From Psammoneis japonica (lineage: Eukaryota): a DNA stretch of 64,000 nt. The notes under the pieces are model-generated. The model saw nothing but the letters and a program-made list of their open reading frames with translations. It ran no database searches and was not told the origin of the DNA. Positions within the stretch are counted from its first letter, which is position 1; each line of letters starts with the position of its first letter. A program made the position numbers and the translations under genes. The stretch spans positions 1-64,000 of the forward strand of contig QPGO01000202.1 of NCBI GenBank assembly GCA_008632985.1, given 5' to 3'. This document shows, piece after piece, positions 1-13,256 of the stretch.

Positions 1-3000
1 GGAATTGAGTTTGTCGCTGGACAGATTGATTTGGCTGGATGTCTGTGATTCATGGAAGACATGATGAACATGTTTCTTGTGACTGATCATGTGGGCAGCC
101 TTTTGGTGGTGAGTTTCTTGCATTCAGCATGCATGAGTGCAAAATCCTCATGAGGTCAGCACACTGTTCAGTCGTGCTTCTGCGTGCAGAGTGCTTGTTT
201 GCTGCAAGGTTTGTTTCCTCATCCTTCTCCATTGACTCTTCAGCTGTGACAGCCTTCAGATGAGGACTGCCACCATCTTGCCACCTTGTGGCATTTTCAT
301 CTTCTGGCACTGGCATTCCCTGCATGCATGGCAAATGGTGTGGCGGCAATTTTTAAAGTTTGTTGTCTTGGTGCCTCCCCCCTTGTGGACAAACACAACT
401 CAACCAACTGAAGTGTTGCTTGGGTTGGACCTGTCAATGGCTGTCTCTTTTAGCAAAATAACCAACACACCACTTGGACAGGTTTCCTTGGGCAACTCTT
501 GATCATTCAGTCTGAGAATGGAGACACATGGAGATTCCACAGTGCCATCTGCTGTTGCAATCCAGGCAAATTGGACCCATTGTCCAGCTGGAGAGCTCTT
601 GCTGTGCTGCCCACACTTTGATCAAATGCTTGCATCCTCACCATCCTGTTTGGCAATTCTCCAGCTGCACCCTTGCTCTGTCATCTCCGAAACAAAATGA
701 GTGCCACTGTCATTGGTGAAGCAAACATTGTGAGAGTGCAAGGGGCAAACTGGCAGGCCACCACAGTGTTGAGAAACAATGTGTTCAAAGGTTTGCACCT
801 CTTGAGTTGCCTCGGCAACTGGTGAGCAACCAGTCTGGAGCTTGCCAATTTCGAACATGGTGGCAGCGGCAACCATCAAGAATGCACTTGTGCTTGAAGG
901 GATTTTTCAGCAACCTGTGGACCTCTGACTTGACCACAGCTCATTCTGGAAGGGTGGTTGGGACAATGCAAGCTGCCCCAGTGTCGTGCAATTGTTGATC
1001 ATCTTGGAGGTTGCTTTCAAAATTCTGAGATCACAGCAGCCTTCTTTTGAGTCTCTGTTGGCTCGCATCCTCACCAGCATTTCCTGAATCTCTTTGTTTC
1101 CCATTGCTGCAGCACCTTGTCTGAATTGGTCAACAAAGTCAATGACCTTGGCTGCTTCTGCAAGAGGCCTTTGCATGGCTCTCCTCCTGCCATTGTCATC
1201 CTTTCCCTTGCATCCTTGCTTTCAAAAAGGCATCTCAACAATCTTGCACCAGTTCTGCCTTGACGTTGTTGGAGCACATCCGCTTTGCAACCAATGTGCA
1301 AATGGCTCTCCCCTCTTTTTCTTGTGCTTGCACTCACTGAACAATTGGCACGCCATTGAGGTGGGGCCCATCTTCCCTTCTGAAGGGGGTGGCAGGAGGT
1401 CTGGAATCACTTCAACATTGTCAGTTTCTTCAGTGCTGATGCTTGCAGCCTTCCTCATGCTGGAGTGTCATGGCACCAATTCTGTTGCTTCTCTCGTCCT
1501 TTCAAATCCATGATGAGCTGTCTGTTGGGATGAGTCATCCTTGACACTTGCAACTGTTGGTGCTGCAGTTCTCAACCTCTTCATGGCATGACATGGATTG
1601 CTTGTGATGGGGGTGCAAACAGCGGTGCAAGATTTAACTTTGGTGGAAACTGCAGACAGTGCTTCCAAGACAACACTCAAAATAGAATGCTTGTCTTGTG
1701 TGCAGAGGTGCTGGGGGGGGGGGGATCATCATCACAATTTGTGGCACCAACCATCTTGCTGCCAGTGCATTGTGATTGGCATGCAAAAAGTTGTTCCAGC
1801 ATCACACCTCATTTTCTTTGTTCCATCAACAACTTGGTCCCATCAGCGGTGCCAATGCTGACCTTGAACCTCTTCTCTCTCCAACATCAACCTGCCCATC
1901 CCTTCTGCAATGAGTGAAGATCATTCCAATGCTTTGGCACCATCAAATGCTGTCAGTTGTGCCCTGAGATTGGTGCAAGAGTCGGGCCAAAAGCAAACCA
2001 TCACCTTTGCTTCTCCCCACCCTCATTTTGACAACAAACAAGCCAACTTGCACTGTTCACATGTCTCTGTTCCTCCCAACATACAATGGAACAACTCAAA
2101 AAGCATCAACCAGGCCTTCCCACCAGCAAAAGGCTTTTGTTGGATGGAGCATGCTGCTCATGCCAATTTTGGACATTCCATCAGACAGCATGGAAGACAA
2201 GCTCTCTGCGGTCAATTGGCGGCAATCAGTGTCCTCTGAGGAGCAAACCACGGCTCACAGGGAGCTCAATCTTCTGTGTGCAAACCTGTCAAAGTCAAAC
2301 AAGAAGGTGGGAAACTCGACAAGTGTGCAAGATGACGCCACTCCCGAGCTTCGAGAGAATCGTCGTGACGTTGGGGTCACAGCATCCTTTTTGTGGTTCT
2401 GCTGTCCAGTGCATTGAATTCTACACAGATGCTCCACAGCATCCTTGTTGGGACAATGCACCATGGATCCAACAAACACTTTTCCACCAGCGAAAGGGTT
2501 TGGTGCAGTGCAAGCTCCCGCGGGGCCGTTGATCGACACATCTGATTCCATGCCAAAAGACAAACTTGCCGTCATCAACGCATGGAGGTCCATGACCACC
2601 AAACAACAGTTGCAGAGCAAAGAAGCACTGAAATTGTTCTGTCGTGCACACACGAGATCCAATGATGAGGTTGCTGACGAGACAGTGAAATCATCTCCGG
2701 CGCGATCTGGGTTCGAATCCCCCCGACACTGCTCATGTGGCTGCGCCACCTGACGAAATCATGTTTGTCGGGCCTGCTGACAAGCAATCTGTTTGGGACG
2801 TTGCAAAAAAGCACTCTGCAGGTGGGTGATCAATCAACAATCCCAGTGTGAAATGCCGAAAGTTGAAGGATCTCCCAGCATCCACGAACCAGGTTGTGGA
2901 TTGTCCCAAATGCGGAGGCAGCATGTCCAAGTGGAGCTTGCAGCAACCATGGCAAACAGAGTGATGCAGAAGCTGGATGGTGCCCTCTTTTGCTGGAGAA

Positions 3001-3400
3001 AACTCTTTTGTTCTTGCAAATTTTTGGACTGCAGCTTCACCAGAAAAGAGCGGCAGGGCATTGCACGATCATCCACTTCAGAAGAAGAGCTGCTGCTTTC
3101 TGTGTGCGGTGTTGCGCCCAAGTTCGTCAGCCATGCACTTGAACAGACCACCACGGCAGATGGGTGTGAACATCAGAATGCAGTTCATGGTGAGGTGCCA
3201 CCAATGGTTTTGCACAGCGACCATCACAAGCATGAAAAATGGAAGACAAGCCAGGAGCTCAAAGCCAACTGGAAAAGGCACACACTTGAAGGCAATGCAG
3301 TGCATTTCTGGCACCATTGCAGCTGCCGCTGAATGCATCATTGCATCCATTGCTGTTGTGGACTGCTGTGCCAAAGAATGTGCACTCACAAAATGGCTGC
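1..3400. mobile_element. Heavily decayed repeat/TE-derived block, family not identifiable
   Basis: Near-total loss of TpA, strong CpG loss, and only broken Tyr-free, Cys/His-rich frames. Same composition as the identifiable TE remnants elsewhere in the window. Confidence 0.35.
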
Positions 3401-5560
3401 AGAACTCATGACCAAAAACCATCTGGTGTCACAAATGCTTTGTTGAATCCAGGACACCTTCTCACCTCCGGAACGAAATTCATGTGTCCATCAAGAATTT
3501 CAGTTTGACGCTTGTCTGTGTCAGTTTCTTCCAATGGCAAGTCCTTGAGAGCTTCTTCTGGCAAGGCACTCTTCAGCTCACTTGACTCTGAACATGCAGC
3601 TTGGTGGACAGCTTCCAACTCTTGTGCGATTGGATCCTTTGCCATTTCCATGTTGAGATTTGGAACCCAGGCATCACAACTTGCTAAATTGTTGACTTGT
3701 TGAATGAGTTGTTCCTCTGCACCAGACTTGGATGTCACTGATTTGCTCTCAGACATGACCAACTTTTCCATTTTGTCACAGAGTTTTTTCACCTTTTTGG
3801 TGGCAGTTGCAAAAGCTGGCATGCCCATGTCCTTCTCAGACCACTCATTTTGGCTCTGAGTTTTCAAATTGTGCCTTGTTGTGCATTGGCAAGCCCGGCA
3901 CTTGCTCTCTGTTAGAAATGAGAATGTCTTGATCAGCATGTCTGACAGGAGGAGGTTGCCAGCATTGGATTGGTTCTGACTGCAGTGGCAATTGCCGTCT
4001 GCCTCAGTGTTTCCTCATGCGATCGTTGAAGACCTTGCAGACTGGCTCAGCATTCTTGTGGATTTCCAGTTGGTTGGAACAAGGACAGACAATGCTTTTG
4101 TTTTGGAGTCAAAGTGTGAGTGATCCATGACCCCACACCCCCAACACCCAGCTTTGCCTGTGGTCTTGCAGCATGCAAGAGCACTCTTGGCAGCATTGTG
4201 AGCAACAGTTGTTTGATCCTTGGCTGCTGCATTCATGATGGTGGCCGCATCCAATGTGGGCTGTTGAAATGAGGTGGTGAAGCCATGGGTCTTGTGAAGC
4301 TCACCTTGGATGAAGAGATGGCTGGCAGCCAGATTGGACTCTGCTGTTTTAGCTGCTGTGAAAGCTGCTTGGATCAGCTTGGTCTGCTTGGAGCAACAGA
4401 GGGACACTGTTGCCATGTGACTGCAGAGCCCACTGGCTTCCATCTTCTGGCAGATCTGGGGGTCAAGATTGTCAACAAAAGTGTGCAGCGGGTTAGATTG
4501 CTGTTGCACATCTGCCTGATTTGGAAGGGTTTCATCATGGCACCCTGCAAATGCACGGGGACCCTCCTGCAGAGGTCTGCATGCATTTTTGCATGTGGTG
4601 CTGAAACACGCAGCCCACACACGCAAAACTGTGCAGATTTTATGACAAAATTTTGAAAAAATGCCCAGTTTGCGAGATGGCTCTGGCACAAAACTTGTGT
4701 GAACAGCTCCCACACATGCACGCACAACTCAACACATTTCCAGGTTGTGGGTCCCCACTCATTTGTGAGATTGTTCCACAATGAGGTTGCTGGGACAATG
4801 TTGCAGTTGTTGCAATGTTGCTGGAAGGTTGACTGGATGATGCTGCCATCAGACAAGGCAGGCAAGGCAGTGACCTGGTGCACACATGATTGAGCATCTT
4901 GGGTGGGTCATTGACAAGTGCAGGAGCACCTGTGGACAGGAGGATGTCCTGCAGGATGAACTTGCAGCCCGCGCCAATGATGAGTGAGTCAATTTTGGTG
5001 CCTGCTGTTTCCGCAGATGGTGTGGCTTCATTGGGGTCAGTGAAGTCAGGGGCTGGGAGGTTGAAGGGCTTGTGGATGGCATTGTCGTCATCGTCGTTGT
5101 GCACAAGTGCTTGGTGCTCTGTGTTGGCTGAAGCCATGTGATTGCTTGGGCCACTGAAGGCACACACATGTCTGCAGGATTGCCACTGCATTGAGTGGTT
5201 GAGTGTTGTCCATGGGCAGCACAATGAAGAATGCAACGGCGGGGTTTCAGGTGGGTGTCATTCAAGGAGCAAAGGTTGACAGTGCTCCTGATTTTTGCAC
5301 ACATGATGCCATTGGATTGGCGGTCTCTGATTGGGCCATCCTGGATTGGCTTGAGCTCACCTGCATTGTCCAGACAATTTGCAATGACATTGCCTGTGGC
5401 ATTGTGGCAGGACAGCACTTGAAGATTTGCAGATTGCTTGAGGGACTGCTTGCTGATGGCTTTTTGCTCATTGACTCAGATGTCAACAGCGCTGGTGGAA
5501 ATGGTCAAATTGCCCATGATGTTGTGTTGGTCATCAGGAGAGAGACCAGATGAGCTGGCC
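3400..5560 (-). mobile_element. Decayed Copia-like gag remnant
   Basis: Broken minus-strand frames (4015..4725, 4640..5236) ending in a zinc-knuckle-like GCWGCGxxxH, in TA-depleted sequence. Confidence 0.35.
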
Positions 5561-6129
5561 ACTGCACTCTTGTTGATGTTGAACATGAGGCAGCCAGCGC
5601 TCGGCGTCACCCATGTCAGCAGTGGTGGCTGGATGAGACGCAAAGGCAACATGTCTGCAGGTGTGTGACACCTGCTGCTTTGGGATGAACATCTTTGGCA
5701 GGGGGGTTGCAAGATGCTCGTCCAAAAATGACAGCTTGAGCACTTGTTTGGCAAAGCCTCTGTCATGGTTGATGATGTGTTGTGTTCGAATGGCGACCAA
5801 AACACCACTTGAAAGTGGGAGCAGCATGAAAAGTGAGCAATTGTCTAGATTGTGAGCTGCTCTCCATGGTGAACTGAAAAAGTGGAGAGGAAAGAGGAAA
5901 ACCATTGGCGATTGGCGATTCTTCATGTGCCAACGGCTGGTGGTTTTCCAGAGATGATGTGGCTGACATCAGCTTGGATGAGCTCTGGGCGGTTTCCATC
6001 CATGACACTAACTCTCACAACTGCTCTCCAGTCAGTGGGGTGCAGCTGGAGCAGAGAGGGTCCAGCTCTCTCTGGCCAGCTAGAGTGGAGAGTAGAGAGT
6101 CTACCTGCCAGGTTTGCTGTGCCGCATTT

Positions 6130-7460
6130 CTTTGGCCATTCCCTTGCGAATGAGCGGACAGTCAGTTGTCCTTGGCAAATGAAAAAGGACAAAACACTTC
6201 TGCACAAATCTGGCTGAAATGATGCAGGCAAGTCGCAATCAAAGACAATGAAGTGCATGCACCGGAATCAATGGAACTCGTGGTGGAAACGTCCGCGAGT
6301 GACGCGGATGACTCGACCGTGGTCACAGCCGCCGAAATGGTGCAGGAATGGTTAAAAACCGTGACCGACCGACAGCAAGGAGTGCTCTGGAAGAAAATCG
6401 AAAGCCAACAGTTGAATGTTTGTCATTGCTGGCAAGTGAAAATGAGTGGCTGTCGATGAACAGGTTGATCAAGGTTGGCATCATTCTCGGCAAGCTTCAG
6501 CTGCCAGAAAAGGTGGACGTGATGGGCCTCGCCACACTCTTTGTGGATGCTGTCGAAGAAAGTGAACAGATGGAGTGGAAAAAACGCACGGCGATGCTGG
6601 ACTGCAAAATTGAAGAGATGGCACTTTCCCACACGTTCAACGTAAATCAATTTTTGACTCACATTACAATGGTGTCAAAATGTCATGAAAAGGGCAACCA
6701 ATTGCAGGACGCCCCGCACTTTTGCTCAATTCAATCAAGTGGAATGGGCAAAACCAAGATCATGTGTCATGCCTGTCAGGAATTAGAGAGCAACCATGGG
6801 TGGCAGTGCTCCCTGGCACTCCCGAGTCAGATGAAGATGGGTGATGCATCGCCAGCAAATGCACGCCGAGTTTTCAAAAAGCAAACCTTCAAGGAATTCT
6901 TGCATCAAACACACCTGTTGTGGCACAACAGTCGATCGAGGCTTTGAAGCACTGGATTGGTTCATGGATGAAACTGTGGAAGGAAAGGAGCAGCCCACCA
7001 AACATGTCTTTCTTTGCTTTGATGAAGCCCAGGATTACTTGGGCTCATTCAATGAAACAAGTGAAGACAAACCATTGAAAACAGAGCACCCATCACTGCT
7101 TTTTAGGATCATTCATTTGTGGCTGCAAAAGAAACGATCTGATGGCTTAAGAATTGTTGCTGGCTTTGCCGGGACGACCGCAAATTTGAACAGTGTTTGC
7201 TTCAAGTTTGACAATGACAAAAGATTGATGGACACAGTTCCTTCAAGGGAATGGAAAGCTCAGGTTGCCAAGTTCTATGAAAAAGGATCTGAGGTTTTTC
7301 CGGTGTCCACTCTGACCAGGTTGCCAAGTTCTGTGAAAAAGGATCTGAGGTTTTTCTGGTGTCCACTCTGACCACTGCTGTGGGTTGTGTTGCCAAGACG
7401 AGCAAAGGAAGCGAATGCAAGAAGGCAGTTTGCTGCGGGCACCCACTTTTTGCAGTTTCA
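6130..7460 (+). pseudogene. Decayed, 3'-truncated paralog of the Crinkler-like P-loop NTPase gene at 32957
   Basis: Aligns by eye to about 32830-34100. Keeps QSSGMGKTK (Walker A) and FLCFDEAQ (Walker B) but has frameshifts, a 56-bp internal duplication and Tyr-to-Cys/His changes. Confidence 0.9.
7261..7372 (+). repeat. 56-bp tandem duplication inside the pseudogene
   Basis: caggttgccaagttct(a/g)tgaaaaaggatctgaggtttttc(c/t)ggtgtccactctgac occurs at 7261 and 7317. The two differences are TA/TG and CG/TG. Confidence 0.95.
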
Positions 7461-7462
7461 CA

Positions 7463-8858
7463 TTTTCTCAAAAAGGAAAAGAAATGATTTGTGTCAATGC
7501 AGTGCTCTTTCTTTTGGGGGCATGGCATTTGCAAGACAAACCATTGCAATGGCAACAGGCAAATGAGGCAGAAGCAAAAAGGGGTGCAAGGAGCAGCATT
7601 GGTTGCAGGTCAAAGAAAGGAAACAATGCAAGGAAGAGAGGAAGCACCAATGCCAATTCTGACATGTAGTGACAATGATGATGACAACCAAGAAGAAGAC
7701 TTGTTTGAGATTGGAGAGGCTGGCATCACTTTGGACTCAGTGTTTGAAGACAGCGATGAACTGCCAAACCAGCTCTGTTGCTCAGACACCAGAGAATTGC
7801 CATCACCAGCTGCTTCAAAGTTCTTGGTGCACCAGAAGATGAAGACTCAGGGAAAGGTCACAACAGGAAGGTTTCTACAATCAGAAACACACTCAAGCTT
7901 CCTGAGGGCACTGATGTCACTCCTGTCTTTCATGCTCTTTTGGAGTGCCAACAAAAGAGCATGCTGCATGATGGAGAACACCACAAGATCATTGAAAGCA
8001 TCAATTCACACAGCAACAGGAGGGCTTCAGAAGCCAATGAACGTGGAGGGTCAGATTGCTGCAGACACACAAGAAGATGAGCTCAGCTCTTCTCAAAGTC
8101 AGCATGCTGTCAACCATCATTGCAAAGAATTGGGTGAAAACAGTGTGACAAAGTTGCCATCTCTTTTCACTTGTGAGGCAATGAAAGCCAAAGTTGTCAA
8201 ATTGAAACCACAGCCAAGGAAATCATGAGGGGAGCTCAAAAGGGGTGACTGCATGCAGTCTCTCTCCAACCCAATTTTTGATGCATCTTGGATTTCTGGA
8301 TTTGCAACAGAAAAAAGTGAAGGCAGCATCTCCCTGTCACTGACAACACCACCATCTGTGTCCCAGAAAATTGGGGCAAGACAAAGCTTGCTCAAACTCA
8401 ACTTTCACAAATGGCTTGGTGAGACAAACCCATGAACAATGCATGGTTGGAAAGCTGAGCAAGAAAGTTTTCTTTTTGGTGTTTCCAAGAGATGAAAACA
8501 GGTGTCCGTTGTGATCTGTGTGGAGCCTGTGCCAAGAAGGGCATGTCAAATCTGCAAGTCAGTGAGCCTGTTAGGATGTGTTTGCATTGCAGACATTGTT
8601 GAGCACATGTGTGAGGTTGGCAAAGGTGTTCAAAGGGGTGGCACACAAAGACAATTTGTGTTTTTGGCATGATGCTCTGTCATCTCAATGGCTGCAAAAG
8701 ATGCAGTTGAGCAGATGAAGAAAGAAGAGACTCGCAAGCACTGGAGATCTCACTTGAGCTTGACTTGTGTCACAACTGTCCAAGCATGCAAAAATGTGGG
8801 CAATTGTCCAGTTGGTGACACCCCACTGGTGTTGCCACTTGAAAACAGTCTCAAACAA
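7463..8858 (+). repeat. Duplicate of about 36161-37598, a decayed DNA-transposon-derived segment
   Basis: Near-identical sequence from ttttctcaaaaaggaaaa to gaaaacagtctcaaaca, with matching translated frames such as MQSLSNPIFDASWIS and VGDTPLVLPLENSLK. Confidence 0.9.
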
Positions 8859-9869
8859 GCATCAACAGGTTCCACATGGAATTGTGAGATGTTGCACTGC
8901 TGGGACCACTAAATCAGCGATGTGATGGTGGGCCGATCGCCAACAGTGCACAAACTGCCTGTGTTCATGACAGAATGTCAGCATTTGTTCAAACAATCAT
9001 TGGCCACTCAGTGGTTGGCGATTGCAGACTTTTTCGTGTCGGTCCGGCAGTTGGGCAGTTGGGCAGTCGGGCAGTCGGTGGGTCCATCCAAATTTGAAAG
9101 TGTGTCCCTTGGATTTTGAAAGGGTGTGGGTGTTCAGCACAAATGGACCATTCAGATTCTTGGAATGATCATTGAGGACATGAGAGGTTGTGGGGACATC
9201 CTAAAAAATTGACAAATTCCCTGTGACAGGCACCTGGAACGGTTTTTTGGGAGAGCTCGAAAGTGCTGTAAAATTGGCATTGCTGGCGTGGCATGTTAAA
9301 AAAGCTTCACTCAACTTTGGACAAAGACAATTTATCATGAATTGTGCGAGACAGTCATGCGTTGGAAAAAACGTGTTGAACAACAAGTGCTTCTGTGTGA
9401 TGCGCCATTTTGGCGGTAAATTGGAAAAAAAGAGTGTCCGTGCACCTCGCCACAGCCCCAAACATGGCATCCATCCTGCGTGCCATGCACGTGCTGTGCC
9501 CTGCCACTGCTCGTATGGTGACTGACGCCAGCCAGGCCCTGCACATCAAAAATGGCCTGAATCATAAAATGCAACGGCCGTCTGGTGTCTGTCATGTTTG
9601 ATGATGTTGTGACTTGCTCCTGATTGTTTGTGGTGGGTGTGACTGTGCGAGGTAAAATGACTTTGTGATCCTGTCAAATTGGGTGCACATGAAGGCCAGC
9701 ACACAATGGCTTCATTGCGCATGAACGTTGTGAGGATTGCTTTGGGCAGTTTGAATTGTGAAACATGGGTCTGGGCAGAGAGAAGGCGAAGGAGTCTAAG
9801 AGACTGGCAGCAAGAAAACAGCAAAAAAAAAAGAAAGGAGCTGACGAATGCAGAGAATGCCGCAAGAAG

Positions 9870-11090
9870 GAATCGGAGGACCAACGTCAAGAGAGGTTGC
9901 AATGGGAAGCGGCACACAAAGCAGATCAGCAGAACAAAGAGTTGGAGGTCCAATGTCGGGAGAGGCTGCAATGGAAGGCGGCACAGGAAGCGGACCACCG
10001 GAACACAGAGTCGGAGGACCAACGTCGAGAGAGGTTGCAACGGGAAGCGGCACACAAAGCGGATCAGCAGAGCAAAGAGTCGGAGGTCCAATGTCGGGAG
10101 AGGCTGCAACGGAAGGCGGCACAGGAAGCAGACCGCCAGAACACAGAGTCGGAGGACCAGCGTCGAGAGAGGTTGCAACAGGAGGCAGCACACAAAGTGG
10201 ATTGGCTCCACAAAGAGTCGGAGGTCCAACGTCAGGAGAGGCTGCAACGAGAGGCGGCACAGAAAGTGGGCCGCCGGAACACAGAGTTGGAGGAGCAACA
10301 TGAGGAAAGGGTGTGACGGGAGGCAGCGCACAAAGCAGATTGGCTCCACAAAGAGTCGGAGGTCCAACATCGCGAAAGGCTGCAACGAGAGGCGGCGCAG
10401 AAAGCGGGCTGCTGGAATGCAGAGTCGGAGGACCAACGTGAGAAGAGGCTGTGACAGGAGGCGGCGCACAGAGCGGATTGGCTCCACGAAGAGTCGGAGG
10501 TCCAACATCGTGAAAGGTTGCAACAAGAGGCGGCACAGAAAGTGGACCGCCGGAACACAGAGTTGGAGGACCAACGTGAGGAGAGGTTGCAATGGGAGGC
10601 GGCACACAAAGCGGATCGGCTTCACAAAGAGTCGGAGGTCCAATGTCGGGAGAGGTTGCAATGAGAGGCGGCACAGAAAGTGGACCGGAGAAACACAGAG
10701 TCGGAGGACCAACATGAGGAGAGGCTGCGACGGGAGGCAACACACAAAGTGGATCGGCAGAGCAAAGAGTCGGAGGTCCAATGCCAGGAAAGGCTGCAAC
10801 AAGAGGCAGCGCAAAAAGCGGACCGGCGGAACGCAGAGTCAGAGGACCAGCATGAGGAGAGGCTGCGGCGGGAGGCGGCACACAAATCGGATCAGCTCCA
10901 CAAAAAGTCGGAGGTCCAACGTCAGGAAAGGTTGCAACGAGAGGTGGCGCAGAAAGCGGACTGGCAGAACACGGAGTCAGAGGACCAACATGAGGAGAGG
11001 TTGCAATGGGAGGTGGCGCACAAAACAGATCTGCGAAGCAAGGAGTCGGAGGAGGAACATCAGGAGAGATTGCAGCGTGAAGCTGCGCAG
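9870..11090 (+). repeat. 69-bp coding tandem repeat, about 18 units, alternating A/B types
   Basis: The marker t(c/t)ggagg recurs every 69 bp from 9873 to 11046. Encodes 23-aa E/R/Q-rich coiled-coil-like units (ESEDQRRERLQREAAHKADQQSK). Confidence 0.95.
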
Positions 11091-13256
11091 GCATTGCAAC
11101 AACAACAGGATGAATTAAATGAAGCCGAGAAAGAGATTCGAGGCTTGGATTCGGGCCATGTGTCTGAAGCATTTTTGATGGAAAAATTGCGAGAAATGGA
11201 AGAACACCCTGAAGATGATGGATTCTTGGAGCATTTTGACAAAGATGTTCTGAGGTCGTTGTTGTTGTGTCATGCAAATTCAGGCTGTCTTCAGTTTGAT
11301 CATCACAGAGAACATGACAAGAAACATGACGGAAAAGAGGTGGATGTCGAAAGAATCACAAGTGACATTTTGAAAGAGGGAATGAGTGAGGAAAAATTGG
11401 CAAGCATGCCACAACATTTTTTTCTGTGTCATTTGCACATGAATGGGCGCATGATTGCTTGTGGAGCATGCGGGATCCGGATGTTGGAAAGACCTGCGGA
11501 ACCCGAAATCAAGCACATCAGGGTGTGGTTGAAGAATGGAATCTTGGGGCCCTTGTGATTTCATGCGGACGAAGACATGCAAAAAGTTGGAGTGGCGGTA
11601 AAGTTGGGTCATGTGGCAACTCCGGCAGATGGAAATGGCAAATTCAAAATGATTGATTTGAAAAAAGTGCATTCCATGTGCGAGTCCCAAGAATCTGTTG
11701 GTGAATGGTGCCATCTTCATCCAGAATTGGTGGACACAGATGATGCCGGAAAGGAGTTCACTCACTTGTGTCCCACGTGCCATGAGTGTTCAGAAGAAAA
11801 GGCTGAACAACCAAAACTGTCAACAGCAGCGGGGATTGATTTTGGCTGTTTCAGACGGTTGGGTTTGGAGCCATTGAACTTGCATGAACAACTCATTTTA
11901 TCATGCAATCGGTTGTTTGACAGCATGAGACATTTCTACATTGCGGACAGTGCGGGATCAACTTGTCAAGACGAAATCACAATGAGAACGGCTTGTCTTT
12001 GATCTTTTGAACAGTTGGCATGTCAGCACAAGGGACGAAAAGCAGAAGAGAACGTGAGTGCTAAAAGCAATGGAGAACATTCTGACGACTCTGATTGGTC
12101 TGTCAGCAGCAGGGGTGACAACGACTCCAGAAGTTCAGCATCAGAGTCGGAATTGTCAAGGAAGAAAGAAGGCGAGGATGCGGACGGAAAGTGTTTGGTA
12201 GATTCAGATTGTGAGCCTGACGCTGCAAATGTTCATGACAGTGAAAAGGAGGATGTCATGTCGGAAAGTGACAAAGACAATGATGCCGCGGAAGACCACT
12301 CTCCTTTGGATGATGTAAAACCGCACAATGATTGCGATGACACGCCAATGCCGTCGCTTCCCACCGAGAGAGATGGAGTGCACGACAGCTGCCGCGTGAG
12401 CAATCTGATCAATGAATTTGCTGCAAGTGATTTCGAAGTGGCGACCACGTTCTCCAACGTGTTTGTGTTTGGACGTATGTGCGACAAAGCACTGGGAAAA
12501 CTGAGTTGCATTGAACGAAACCATCTTTTGCGACAGTTCACTCGAGTGCCTTCGTCGGACAGGAGGTTGTTGGCTTGCTGTTTCGACAGCAAGAAACGGT
12601 TCGAAGCAATTTTTCAAGTGAATTCTTGTGTCCGAAATGGCAAACAGTCCACTGCAACAATCGCAAGCCTGCTCCGAGATGAAACCGAATTGAAGAAGCT
12701 TGATGAAGCGGTGGCGAATCTGGGTGGAAAAGTGGCAAAAGACTTTCAGCAGAAATGTCTGGGACATCTTCGATTTGTGGGAAAGGACACGTCGCATGGT
12801 TGCAATGAACCCAGCAAGTTAACATCGATGACTCTCAAAATGTCAAAAAGAGTGGGCCTTCCATCTTGTTTCATGACATTGTCATTTGACGACTGCAGGA
12901 ATCCTCGTGCCATTCGGATGACTTTCTGAACTGTTGACAACAAGACGTTTCCGGTGGTCTTTGATGAGACTTCGGGGTGCGGTCGCAGCGGGGCAGAGTT
13001 TGTGGAGAACACGAGACATGCGTCTGCGGAAGTTGGTGCAGGAGTTGTCGATTCACCTGGTTTGTCCAGAAAGGATCGTGCTTCCAAAGGAATTGAAGAC
13101 CCCGTCGCGTTTGTGGTGGAGAGTCAGTTGTTGATCAACGATGTCTGTGCATTGCTTTTGGGAACGCCGCCGGACAACTTCTTTTCTCGATGCATGAGTG
13201 AGTCATGTCGAAAGACTCGACATTTTAAAATGGCAAACAAGGGCATTTTTGGCCCA

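Noticed and set aside
9870..11090. Possible CRISPR-like array
   Set aside because: Contiguous coding tandem units with no unique spacers, in a eukaryotic context with no cas genes.
9546..11277. Long ORFs of 422-493 aa on both strands
   Set aside because: They are alternative frames of the 69-bp tandem repeat in stop-depleted DNA, not separate genes.
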